From Fusobacterium ulcerans (lineage in GTDB: Bacteria; Fusobacteriota; Fusobacteriia; Fusobacteriales; Fusobacteriaceae), in NCBI RefSeq assembly GCF_003019675.1, contig NZ_CP028105.1:386282-450281 (forward strand): DNA of 64,000 nt. The letters are read 5' to 3'. Each line of letters opens with the position of its first letter. Position 1 is the first letter of the stretch. The position numbers and the translations under genes were made by a program. Shown piece by piece: positions 49,847 to 59,470 of the stretch. The notes beneath the pieces are model-generated. The model made no database searches and was not told where the DNA came from. It worked only from the letters and a program-made list of their open reading frames with translations.

Positions 49847-50379
49847 CCGTTAGGTTTTTTACCCTTATTTTTCAATGTGTTTCCTAGTAGTTTTTGTCTA
49901 TCCCTCCTTTTTATTCTATTTTTTCTTTAACTTTATTTTATTATTCCTTCACCTCCCATATTTTCTAACTTCTTTTTTTGTCAGCCTTCTATAGTTTTTA
50001 CAGCATTACAGAGCGACAATTCCCTCTATTAACTATTATATCATATTCACTTAATATAGATTCTATTTTTCTCTCTATTTCTATAAATATTTTTTTTAAA
50101 GCTTTTATGTATTCAAATTATCAAAAAAAGAGATATCTGGTTACGACAGATATCTCTCTACTTGGTGCTTATATTGAAATTCGTTCTTTTGTTGTTACTT
50201 AATTATATCCTAATTTACCCAAAAATGTAAGGTGGATATTAAACACAATATCATTTTAAAATTTAATGACTTATTCTGGAAGCATACATACTTTCATCTA
50301 TATATTTAAGAATTCTTCCATCATCAAGTCTTGTGATACGAGATATCTTTAATAGAACTCCATTTTTTACTTTAGCTTT

Positions 50380-51192
50380 TTATAATTTCTTTATAGGAAT
50401 CTGTAATTCTGTTAACCATTCTTCTTTATTTTTTTTATTCCATATTCCATCTATGTAAACTTCTCTTGCTTTATCAATACATTCATAGTTATTCTTATTT
50501 ATCCATGAAAAAAGATAATTATATGCATCTCTTAAATTATTGTAATCTCCCTTATGTAATGTTGATACAACTAAAATGCTTGAGAGCTTTTTAAATTTTA
50601 TTGATTCTGTTTCTTTTCCAAATTTTGTTACAGCTTCACAATATTCAATACTAAAATTCTGCTCTTTATATTCATCATCTAAGTATTGTATAAAACAGTA
50701 TTCTGGAATCATACATTTTAAATCTGGATTTGCTTCTATTACTTCTTTGCCTATCTGTGGAATAACTTTAAAATAATCATTATAATTTGCTATTGATAAC
50801 TTCTTGTAATAAACAATACATTCAGATGTATTTTTTATAGCTGCTTGATAATTCATAAAACCATCTCCTTTTATATTTTCATTAGAAAAATTGTTTAACC
50901 TTGTAAGTTGATCCACTAAACATGCTATTTCTTTTTCTAAATCAATCTTTTTTCTATTTATTATTTGTTTGATATTATTGTTATTTAAAATTGTAGAAAT
51001 TTCAGATATAGAAAACCCCATTTGTTTTAAGCACAATATTTTATGAAGAGTATATAATTGCTCTGTTGTATAGTATCTATAATTATTTTCTTTATTAATT
51101 ATAGAGGGTTTTAATAATCCTACTTCATCATAATACCTTAATGCTTTTATAGTTGTTTTGGTTATTTGTGAAAACAAGCCTATTTTATACAA
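50380..51192 (-). CDS. MerR-family transcriptional regulator with C-terminal GyrI-like effector-binding domain (BmrR/TipA-like)
   Basis: 270 aa. N-terminal MerR HTH MYKIGLFSQITKTTIKALRYYDEVGLL, a coiled-coil linker, and a C-terminal GyrI-like domain. Confidence 0.7.
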   Translation of the reverse strand: MYKIGLFSQITKTTIKALRYYDEVGLLKPSIINKENNYRYYTTEQLYTLHKILCLKQMGFSISEISTILNNNNIKQIINRKKIDLEKEIACLVDQLTRLNNFSNENIKGDGFMNYQAAIKNTSECIVYYKKLSIANYNDYFKVIPQIGKEVIEANPDLKCMIPEYCFIQYLDDEYKEQNFSIEYCEAVTKFGKETESIKFKKLSSILVVSTLHKGDYNNLRDAYNYLFSWINKNNYECIDKAREVYIDGIWNKKNKEEWLTELQIPIKKL

Positions 51193-51261
51193 AATAAATC
51201 ACCTCTTAAAAATTTTATACCATCCTGTAAGAAGAGAGTCAATAATAATTTTGATTGTTCT

Positions 51262-51522
51262 TTAATATATATTTTCAACTGTAACAGTTGATACTTCATC
51301 CCAAACTTCCAGATTCAATCCATATTCTTTTATATATTCAAAGAATGATCCCTCTAATCTAGTTGCTTCTATAACAGGAAGAGTACTGCAAGGAACATAG
51401 TCATAACTAATAGCTACATTCATTCCATTCCCTGTTCTTAATCTAGAAAAGAAATGTACAAAATCATTAGACTGTACATTTAATTTTTGAAAGATATTTT
51501 GAGGAAGCTCAGAAGCTCGCAA
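51262..51522 (-). CDS. Possible remnant of a GntR/HutC-type regulator (UTRA-like C-terminal domain only)
   Basis: 86 aa and only a TTG start is available. It resembles the UTRA effector domain and lacks an N-terminal HTH. Confidence 0.25.
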   Translation of the reverse strand: MRASELPQNIFQKLNVQSNDFVHFFSRLRTGNGMNVAISYDYVPCSTLPVIEATRLEGSFFEYIKEYGLNLEVWDEVSTVTVENIY

Positions 51523-51847
51523 TATTCTATTTTAAAAGGCAAGTATATTATTGCAAAATGGTACAAAAAATTTTCTTATAAATACTCAACTTATTTTTAT
51601 ATAAATTTCAGATATATTATTATAAATTGTCTATAATTTTCAAAAGTATTTAAAATCATTTTTACAATTTTATATTTTTAGTCACTAAATTTCTTTATTT
51701 CATATTTTTAAAGGCTCTTGTCAACCATTAAGTGCGTAATTGAATATTCAGCTTTCTTGTCTGCAATCACAGATTGTGATATAAGATATTAAGACATCCC
51801 CATATAATATACATCTTTGGGCAGACAAAACATTGGAGAGTGATTAC

Positions 51848-53557
51848 ATGGAAAACAGAGGGAAAGTAGTAGCAGAGAAAATGATTGAAATTTTTGAACT
51901 TCTTGAAAAAGAAATCAGAGAAACTATCAAAAATAAAGAAACATTGCCAGAAGATAAATTTATGCCTGGCTGGGCAAAAGGAATTCATTTTTCTTGGTAT
52001 CATCACATGGAAAAGCCTGAATATGGTACTAAAGAGAGCAATAAAACCACATGTTTTTTTGAATTTAATAGTATTCATGTATCTCATCACAGAATGGAAG
52101 AGGAAGTGGATATTGATTTAAAATTTCTGACAACTGAAATTTTCAAAAATGATATTGTTCCTACAGTACAAAGTTGGCTGCAAAACAAAGTGGATAATGA
52201 ACCTTATGGTGGACTGTACAATGCTTCCTTTGGAATCACTGTAACATTTAGTGTTTCTCGTGATCCTCTGCCTACAGATGCTCCTCATATGCAGGGGCAG
52301 ATATGGGAGCAAACCAGAATAACAGCTAAAGATGAAAAACGTCTGAATAAACGTAAAGAATTGATATACAATTTTATTAAAAATGAAGAGTATAAGAGTG
52401 CTGATATCAGCGAAATAGATAATTCTCTAACTCCTATATGCTCTGTTGCTGTAGAAGATTTCCTTGAAGAATTTGGCAGAGTCCATCTTATAGAATTTTT
52501 TACTGCTCTTATTGCACAAGCTAAAAAAGCTCGTTTCAAAAGTACGATGAGTCATCTGATCTATGGATTTGCCAATGGAGCAGCCATACTTACTCGGGCA
52601 AATGAAAATCATACTCCTAATAATGAAGAACTGGCTCTTGCCTGTTGGTTATGTATGATGATGCTGATACATGGAACTGATAAATATGAAAGACAATATG
52701 GACGAGATTATTTGAAAACAGCTGGTGAACTTGGATACAAAGAGGCTAAAAATATATTGAAATTTGGTACAGGGCAGATTCCTGCTGATACAGTACAATT
52801 CAAAAATAAATATGTTACTTGTCTTGGAAATGATATTGATAAGGTTATAGATTTGAAAATAAAAGAGGAATGTGAAGAAGCATATAAGTCTATGGTTGAA
52901 TTTATTATTAAGTTGATAAAAGCTGGATTTCCTAATGAATACAGCATAAAATTTAATTCTAAGGTAAAAGAATTTCTTCCTATCCCAGATTTAAAGAAAA
53001 CGAAAGCAAATACTTTTTGGAATAACTGTGCAAAATATCCAGCTCTTTATCCATTAATGAAAGAATATGCCCATACTATAATGGACTCATATGATTATTA
53101 CAGTGATGCTGACTGTGAACAAGCTGTTCCAGTTGGAGGATATGCTGTATTTGCTCTGGGGCTGGCTGATATCTCAAATGGTGATATAGTACAGGAATTT
53201 ATGGAGCAGAATGATTCTGAACACTCTATCAGTCCAAGCTGGTTTGTAGGAGAATATATAGATAAATTCGGCATCACTTCTGAAAATATTCCTGTGGTTA
53301 TTGCCTGTCTGACTAACTCAAATAATCATGGCTATAAAGGAAGTAATTTTGCTGGATTAAATAATCCAGATATTTTAAAGAAGTTTGTAGAAGAGTTAGA
53401 GAATAGTGAAATCAGCAGTTATTCTGTCTATGAGATTATAGAAAGTATATGGGATGATGAAGATGGATTGGAAGAAGCTATCAGTGCAGCTGAGAAAGTA
53501 AATCAGAAATATCTTCAAAAAATTCTTGAACTCTCTGAAGAAGATGATGAAGATTAG
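51848..53557 (+). CDS. Large hypothetical protein (about 569 aa), acidic C-terminus, no recognisable domain
   Basis: ATG 51848 with a GGAGAG RBS; the ORF track starts at 51833. Its GC content is about 10 percentage points above the surroundings. His-rich N-terminal segment (WYHHMEKPEY, HVSHHRMEEE) and EEDDED tail. An ATCACAgatTGTGAT palindrome lies in its promoter region. Confidence 0.55.
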   Translation: MENRGKVVAEKMIEIFELLEKEIRETIKNKETLPEDKFMPGWAKGIHFSWYHHMEKPEYGTKESNKTTCFFEFNSIHVSHHRMEEEVDIDLKFLTTEIFKNDIVPTVQSWLQNKVDNEPYGGLYNASFGITVTFSVSRDPLPTDAPHMQGQIWEQTRITAKDEKRLNKRKELIYNFIKNEEYKSADISEIDNSLTPICSVAVEDFLEEFGRVHLIEFFTALIAQAKKARFKSTMSHLIYGFANGAAILTRANENHTPNNEELALACWLCMMMLIHGTDKYERQYGRDYLKTAGELGYKEAKNILKFGTGQIPADTVQFKNKYVTCLGNDIDKVIDLKIKEECEEAYKSMVEFIIKLIKAGFPNEYSIKFNSKVKEFLPIPDLKKTKANTFWNNCAKYPALYPLMKEYAHTIMDSYDYYSDADCEQAVPVGGYAVFALGLADISNGDIVQEFMEQNDSEHSISPSWFVGEYIDKFGITSENIPVVIACLTNSNNHGYKGSNFAGLNNPDILKKFVEELENSEISSYSVYEIIESIWDDEDGLEEAISAAEKVNQKYLQKILELSEEDDED

Positions 53558-53610
53558 AAGAAATTGTTAAAGATATAATAATAATGAATAAAAAAATATA
53601 ATTTATAAAA

Positions 53611-53650
53611 ACCCCAGATTATTAAACTCAATAATTTGGGGTTTTAAATT
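53611..53650. terminator. Bidirectional terminator between convergent genes
   Basis: AAAACCCCAGATTATT...AATAATTTGGGGTTTT with flanking A and T runs. Confidence 0.55.
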
Positions 53651-53687
53651 TTTTTAAATATTCTTTTATATTATTTTTTCAATAAAA

Positions 53688-54155
53688 TTAAGATTCCCAG
53701 AATGGATCCACTTCAGTTTCTCCATAATAATATCCACCATAGATAGTTACTGACATATCCTCATCAATATCAGGCATAGCGTCTCCGATCCAATGATACA
53801 CTTCACTATCTAATGAAAGGTATCCCTCTGGATGATTTCCAAAACATATATGTTTTATCAATTCCATACACTCATTAAAATTCTCACTTTTTGCTATGTA
53901 AAAAACACTCTCATCCTCTTTGCTGCTCAGCTCACTTCCATCACCTGTGGCAAATGCAAAAAGCTTCTCATCAACATCAGCAATAATAATAATCTTATTC
54001 AGCTCATCATCTTCATTCTGCATTTCTTTGAATTTTTCCAAAGCAATGTTTATATGCTTTGAAAGTTCAGGAACTAATTGCTCATTTCCTATCTCAAAAA
54101 AAAGTTTCCCCAATTCATTAATTGTTTTTTCAGCATACTTTTCCATAATGTTCAT
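53688..54155 (-). CDS. Small acidic hypothetical protein, convergent partner of the 569-aa gene
   Basis: 155 aa with pI clearly acidic and no recognisable motif. Confidence 0.45.
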   Translation of the reverse strand: MNIMEKYAEKTINELGKLFFEIGNEQLVPELSKHINIALEKFKEMQNEDDELNKIIIIADVDEKLFAFATGDGSELSSKEDESVFYIAKSENFNECMELIKHICFGNHPEGYLSLDSEVYHWIGDAMPDIDEDMSVTIYGGYYYGETEVDPFWES

Positions 54156-54214
54156 AATTATACCTCCGTAAACGAATTTTATGTACTATAAATATGATAA
54201 CATTTTTTTATAAA

Positions 54215-54275
54215 ATATAATATTAAAAAATCACCCATAAAGTAAATTTACCTTATGGGTGATGATTTTTTTTAT
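54215..54275 (-). terminator. Palindromic terminator element, copy 3 (17-bp stem plus T8)
   Basis: ATCACCCATAAAGTAAA/TTTACCTTATGGGTGAT with one mismatch. It lies downstream of the M42 peptidase gene. Confidence 0.5.
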
Positions 54276-55345
54276 TAGAATGATTTTATTATATCTTTAT
54301 TCAATTCTTTGATTACTTCTACAGCTAGTGAAATAGCTGCTGTTAAATCATCTATTGAAGCATAAGAATAATGAGTGTGGATATATCTAGTAGGGATACC
54401 TAGCACAATTACAGGAATACCAGTTTCAGAAATATGATATTTTCCTCCATTAGTTGATCCTTTTTCTCTTGCTATCATTTGGTATTTTATTCCCTTTTTA
54501 TCAGCTATATCTCTTGCAAATTTCAAGACTCTAGGATTAGATATCATAGCTCCATCTACAACTCTTAGCTGTACACCTTTTTTCAATGCTCCATGAGAAG
54601 CTGTTCCTTCTTTGAAACTGTCATCAGCAGGTGATCCTTCAAACACTATTGCAAAATCAGGTTTTACTCTGTAAGCAGCCACTTGAGCTCCCCTCAGTCC
54701 AACCTCTTCCTGTGAAGCGAATGCTCCTACTACATTGACATTTTTTATTCCATTATTTTTTACAGCCTTCAGCACTTCAATAGAAGCTGCACATCCAAGT
54801 CTGTTATCAAAAGCTTTTGCTCTCATTATACCTATTTTTTCATCATATACAAAACTTACATCTGGAACGATTGGATTTCCTACTTCTATTCCATATAGCT
54901 CAACAGTTTCTTCATAACTGCTTGTTCCTATATCAATAGTAAGCTCTGACATTTTTGGAAGTCTGTTTTTTTCTTCATCAGTCATAAAATGAGGTGGTTT
55001 AGATGTAACTACACCTTTGATATACTCTCCCTTATTATTTTTAATAACAACAGCACTGGCAGGAACATTTCCTACATGCCATCCTCCTAAAGTAAGGAAA
55101 CTTATAGATCCGTTTCTATTAATATTTTCCACTATGAATCCTACTTCATCAGTATGACAGTCCAGAGCTACTGTAGGGACAGCTGAATCCTTTTCTCCAA
55201 GTCCTATATACAGATTATTTATTGAATCTCTTTCTGCACTTAGAAAGTTTACCTCTTTTTTTATTTTTTCCATGACCTCATCTTCAAAACCAGGAGCTCC
55301 AAAAGTATTTGTCAGTTCCTCGATCATATTAATAAGTTCTTTCAT
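54275..55345 (-). CDS. M42 family aminopeptidase (glutamyl aminopeptidase / FrvX-like)
   Basis: 356 aa. Metal-ligand context (LDCHTDEVGF, AFDNRLGCAA, EEVGLRGA) and the size match M42. Confidence 0.75.
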   Translation of the reverse strand: MKELINMIEELTNTFGAPGFEDEVMEKIKKEVNFLSAERDSINNLYIGLGEKDSAVPTVALDCHTDEVGFIVENINRNGSISFLTLGGWHVGNVPASAVVIKNNKGEYIKGVVTSKPPHFMTDEEKNRLPKMSELTIDIGTSSYEETVELYGIEVGNPIVPDVSFVYDEKIGIMRAKAFDNRLGCAASIEVLKAVKNNGIKNVNVVGAFASQEEVGLRGAQVAAYRVKPDFAIVFEGSPADDSFKEGTASHGALKKGVQLRVVDGAMISNPRVLKFARDIADKKGIKYQMIAREKGSTNGGKYHISETGIPVIVLGIPTRYIHTHYSYASIDDLTAAISLAVEVIKELNKDIIKSF

Positions 55346-55374
55346 TGATTATGCCTCCATCTTTATCTAACAGT

Positions 55375-56901
55375 TTATTTTTTAAAACTTAATTCATCAA
55401 AGTTGATGTAGCTTGTTGCTTTTACTCCTTCTATTCCTTTTACAGCTGCTACTGTATTGTTAGAATAATACATAGGAATAACTGGAACATCATCATAAAT
55501 AATTTCTGCAACTTCTTTATATAGCTCTTTTCTCTTATTTTGGTCTACTTCTTTCTTAGCATCATCCAATAATTTGTCCATTGCTGGATTTACATATTGT
55601 GATCTGTTTCCTGCTCCACCTAATTGAGAACTGTGGAAGTTAGGGTAGAATCCATAGTCGCCATCATATGTAGATGGTCCCCATCCTAGTGTAAACATAT
55701 CAAGATCTCCTCTACCAGTTGCTGCAAGGAAAGTTCCCCACTCTAGTGATTCGATAGATACATCTATTCCTACTTCTTTTAATTGAGCCTGAATTATTTC
55801 ACACATTTGCATTCTTACAGGACTGTTGCTTACTCCAAGACTTAATTTAGTACCTGTTAATCCTTTTTCTTGAATTATTCTCTTAGCTTCTTCTGGATTA
55901 TAGTCTAAAACTTTTGAATCTGGACTGTATCCAAATGTTCCTGGAGCTATGAAACTGTTAGCTTTATCAACTGTTCCCATCATGATACTATTGATAATAT
56001 CATCTCTATTGATAGCCATTGCTATTGCTCTTCTTACATCTCTATCTTTTAAAACACCTTTGTCTGTATTTATTCCTACATAGTTTACAGATATTCCACT
56101 TGATTCAAGATAGTTTATTTTATCTTTGTTATCTAAAACTATTTTTCTTGATTCTGCACCAAGATCAGCAGTCATATCAATTTCACCAGTTTCAAGCCCT
56201 ATAACTCTGCTGTTTTCTTCTGGCACTGCTCTTACAACTATATATTTTATTGCAGGTTCACCTTTGAAGTACTCAGGGAATGCTTCTAAAGTTATTCTGT
56301 CTCCTATTTTCCAGTCTTTATATTTATATGGACCAGTTCCAACAGGATTTTCAAAATATTTATTTCCTTTTTCAGCATAATATTTTTCACTTATTATAGA
56401 TGCTGTCTTGTGGCTCAAGTGAGCTAATAACGGAGCAAAAGGCTCGCTAGTTATAATTTTTACTGTATTATCATCTACAACTTCTACATTGCTTATCAAT
56501 TTATATAGGTGTCCTACTTTTGGTAAGCTTTTAGCTCTTTCAATAGTAAATTTAACGTCATTTGCTGTAAATTTTTCCCCATTGTGAAATTTTACATTTT
56601 CATTAAGATGGAATAAAAGAGTATTGTCATCTATTCTTTCCCAGCTTTTTGCCAGTCCAGGTATTGTTTCTCCTGTCATTTCATCTACTTCTACAAGTCT
56701 GTCATAAAGTACATTTATTATTCTTTGAGAATACTGCTCTGTAGTATCCTGTGGGTCTAAAGTTTTACATTCAGATATTTGTGCAAATACTAATGTATCT
56801 TTTGGTCCAGAAGCTGCTTTTTCAGCTGTCTTACTTCCTCCACAACTAACTAATAAAAAAGATAATAAACATGATAGTAATACTAAAATTCTTTTCTTCA
56901 T
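55375..56901 (-). CDS. ABC transporter substrate-binding lipoprotein, family 5 (OppA/DppA/NikA-like)
   Basis: 508 aa with lipobox LLVSC|GG. Typical SBP_bac_5 sequence throughout. Confidence 0.8.
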   Translation of the reverse strand: MKKRILVLLSCLLSFLLVSCGGSKTAEKAASGPKDTLVFAQISECKTLDPQDTTEQYSQRIINVLYDRLVEVDEMTGETIPGLAKSWERIDDNTLLFHLNENVKFHNGEKFTANDVKFTIERAKSLPKVGHLYKLISNVEVVDDNTVKIITSEPFAPLLAHLSHKTASIISEKYYAEKGNKYFENPVGTGPYKYKDWKIGDRITLEAFPEYFKGEPAIKYIVVRAVPEENSRVIGLETGEIDMTADLGAESRKIVLDNKDKINYLESSGISVNYVGINTDKGVLKDRDVRRAIAMAINRDDIINSIMMGTVDKANSFIAPGTFGYSPDSKVLDYNPEEAKRIIQEKGLTGTKLSLGVSNSPVRMQMCEIIQAQLKEVGIDVSIESLEWGTFLAATGRGDLDMFTLGWGPSTYDGDYGFYPNFHSSQLGGAGNRSQYVNPAMDKLLDDAKKEVDQNKRKELYKEVAEIIYDDVPVIPMYYSNNTVAAVKGIEGVKATSYINFDELSFKK

Positions 56902-57102
56902 TAAATCCCCCTCTTTGAAATATTCTGTTTTCCTTGTCCTTTATATATACCATATTTTCCGAATAATAAAAATATTATATTTATATGTATACGATTTATT
57001 TTATTTACAGTATTACTTTTTCCTTAAATTCCCTTATGTTTGCTTTTACATCTATCTTTTATTGCCGTTTTATGTTAGAATATTGCTCAGAGGTGAGAAT
57101 AA

Positions 57103-58155
57103 ATGGAATTAACAGTTAGAAATTGGGGCAAAACAAAATTTAACGAAATAGTGAAATTATATACTCTTAAAAATAATTTTTTAGAAGTTGAAATTCTAAA
57201 TTATGGAGGAATTATAAGAAAAATATCTTTTCCAGATAAAAATGGTAAAGTTGAAAATATAGTTTTAAACCTAGATAGTATCTCTGATTACGAAGAAAGA
57301 TCTCCTTACTTTGGAGCTGTTGTCGGAAGAAATGCTGGAAGAATATCAAATGCTGAACTAAAGATAAAAGATACTATATACAAACTTAATGCTAACAGTG
57401 GCAAAAATAATATTCATGGTGGGATAAATAATTTCAGTCATAAAATATGGAATGCTGAAGAAATAAAAGGAAATGACTTTATCGGAATAGAGCTGACACT
57501 TAATAGTCCTCATTTAGAAGAAGGCTTTCCGGGAAATATTTCTATCACTGTAAGATATATCTTAAAAAATGATGAATTGTCTCTTGAATATTCAGGTATT
57601 ACAGACAGAGAAACATATATGAATCTTACTAACCATTCATATTTCAATCTAAGTGGTGACTTTAAAAGGGATATCAGAAATGAATATTTAAAACTTGATT
57701 CAGATGCTTTTATTGCTGTAGATGAAGCTACTCTTCCAGTAAAAATATCTGAAACACATAACACACCTTTTGATTTTCATGAGTTTTCTCTTTTGAAAAC
57801 TTCTCTTGATTCTGAATATCCTCAAATCAAGATAGTAAATCATGGACTGGATCATCCTTTTATTTTAAATCAAAATAGAGATATTCCTGCTGCTCAGCTG
57901 AAAGATGATATCTCTGGAAGAATGCTGAAAGTATTTACTGATCAGCCAGCAGTTGTTATATACACTGGAAACTATCTTCACGAAATAGGAAAACTTTCTG
58001 ATGGTTCAGATTGTAAAAAACATATGGGTATCTGCTTTGAGACACAGGATTATCCTAATGTTTTAAGCTTCCTTCCAGAAAAAGGAAAGATCTATACACC
58101 ATCAAATTCTTACAGTCAAAAAACTATTTTTAAATTTTTAATAAATAAAAATTAA
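57103..58155 (+). CDS. Aldose 1-epimerase (galactose mutarotase family)
   Basis: 350 aa with NHSYFNL motif, catalytic His pair and Glu (CFETQ). Confidence 0.8.
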   Translation: MELTVRNWGKTKFNEIVKLYTLKNNFLEVEILNYGGIIRKISFPDKNGKVENIVLNLDSISDYEERSPYFGAVVGRNAGRISNAELKIKDTIYKLNANSGKNNIHGGINNFSHKIWNAEEIKGNDFIGIELTLNSPHLEEGFPGNISITVRYILKNDELSLEYSGITDRETYMNLTNHSYFNLSGDFKRDIRNEYLKLDSDAFIAVDEATLPVKISETHNTPFDFHEFSLLKTSLDSEYPQIKIVNHGLDHPFILNQNRDIPAAQLKDDISGRMLKVFTDQPAVVIYTGNYLHEIGKLSDGSDCKKHMGICFETQDYPNVLSFLPEKGKIYTPSNSYSQKTIFKFLINKN

Positions 58156-58169
58156 TATAAGGAGGAATA

Positions 58170-58445
58170 ATGCAAGACATCATATTGTATATCCTAATAA
58201 TCTCTGTTGGTTATTTTATAACTAAAAAAGGATGGATTCCTAAAATCATTGACAGAAAAGTTGGGCTTCTTCAAACATTATCTTTATTTTTTTTACTTGG
58301 GGTAATGGGGTACAAAATAGGTTCAGATGACAAAATCATCGCTAATTTTCATATCTTGGGACTAGATTCTATCATAGTAGCAGTATGTGCAGTGTTAGGA
58401 AGTATACTTCTGACTCATATTTTCTATAGAGGAGGGGATAAATAA
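58170..58445 (+). CDS. LysO-family (DUF340) membrane protein, small subunit
   Basis: 91 aa with 3 TM helices, translationally coupled to the next gene. Confidence 0.5.
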   Translation: MQDIILYILIISVGYFITKKGWIPKIIDRKVGLLQTLSLFFLLGVMGYKIGSDDKIIANFHILGLDSIIVAVCAVLGSILLTHIFYRGGDK

Positions 58446-59047
58446 TGCTTGGAATAGCTTTGTCTGTTATTATTGGAGCTCTTCTTGGATTTTTCTGTAA
58501 AAGTCCTCTTGTGCTGGCTCATGCTGATAATCTTATTAAATTTGGACTATGCCTTCTTCTTTTCTTTGTTGGAATAGACATAGGAAAAAATCAAAGTGTA
58601 TTTGAACAGTTAAAAACTTTAAATAAAAAGGTATTACTGCTCCCTTTTGTAACAATAATTGGTTCTTTGCTTGGAGGAGTTCTTGCTTCTTTCATCACTA
58701 CACTTTCTCTGGGAGAAGGGGTAGCTGTAAGTTCTGGTATGGGTTGGTATTCATTTTCAGCTATAGAGCTTTCTAAAATAAATGCTCAATTAGGTGGAAC
58801 TGCCTTCCTTTCAAATGTATTTAGAGAGCTTCTGGCAATATTTACAATTCCATTTATAGCTGCTAGGATTGGATCATTCCAATCAGTATCATCTGCTGGA
58901 GCTACTGCAATGGACTCTGTACTTCCTGTTATCAACAGAAGCAATCCGCCAGATATATCTATAATTGCTTTTTATTCAGGACTTGTTATTACAATAGTTG
59001 TTCCTATCTTGGTGCCAGCTGTTGTAGCAATATTCAATTTGGGGTAA
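58445..59047 (+). CDS. LysO-family (DUF340/YbjE-like) exporter, large subunit
   Basis: 200 aa polytopic protein of the DUF340 pattern, paired with the 91-aa gene. Confidence 0.55.
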   Translation: MLGIALSVIIGALLGFFCKSPLVLAHADNLIKFGLCLLLFFVGIDIGKNQSVFEQLKTLNKKVLLLPFVTIIGSLLGGVLASFITTLSLGEGVAVSSGMGWYSFSAIELSKINAQLGGTAFLSNVFRELLAIFTIPFIAARIGSFQSVSSAGATAMDSVLPVINRSNPPDISIIAFYSGLVITIVVPILVPAVVAIFNLG

Positions 59048-59090
59048 ATTTTTAAAACAACTATTAAAAAATAATCATTTAGTTTGAATA

Positions 59091-59135
59091 CAAACAGTCA
59101 TTAAAAATAAATTTAATGGCTGTTTTTTTATTTTT
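59091..59135 (+). terminator. Rho-independent terminator after the lysO pair
   Basis: AAACAGTCATT...AATGGCTGTTT followed by TTTTTT. Confidence 0.5.
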
Positions 59136-59470
59136 AATAAAGTAAAATTTCAGAAAATTTTATAATGAGATTGAAAAAACATAAAAATAAAATCAATTTC
59201 CTGTTTACCATATATGTTTTTTACATTGTCATTTCTATCATCTATAAGTTTAGTTTTATTTTATAGAATTTTGTAAGTTATCAGAGGCAACAAATATTTG
59301 CTATTTACTTTAAATTTAATTGTACATTTTAAAGGAATAGCTATCCTTCCATTGTATACACAATATAACATTAAAAAAACTATTGTTTAGATAGCTCAAT
59401 TGCTAAAAAAGTTGACTTTAATTTTTTTGTGTTAGCTTTAATGTATATAAAATATGAGGTGATTAAGATA

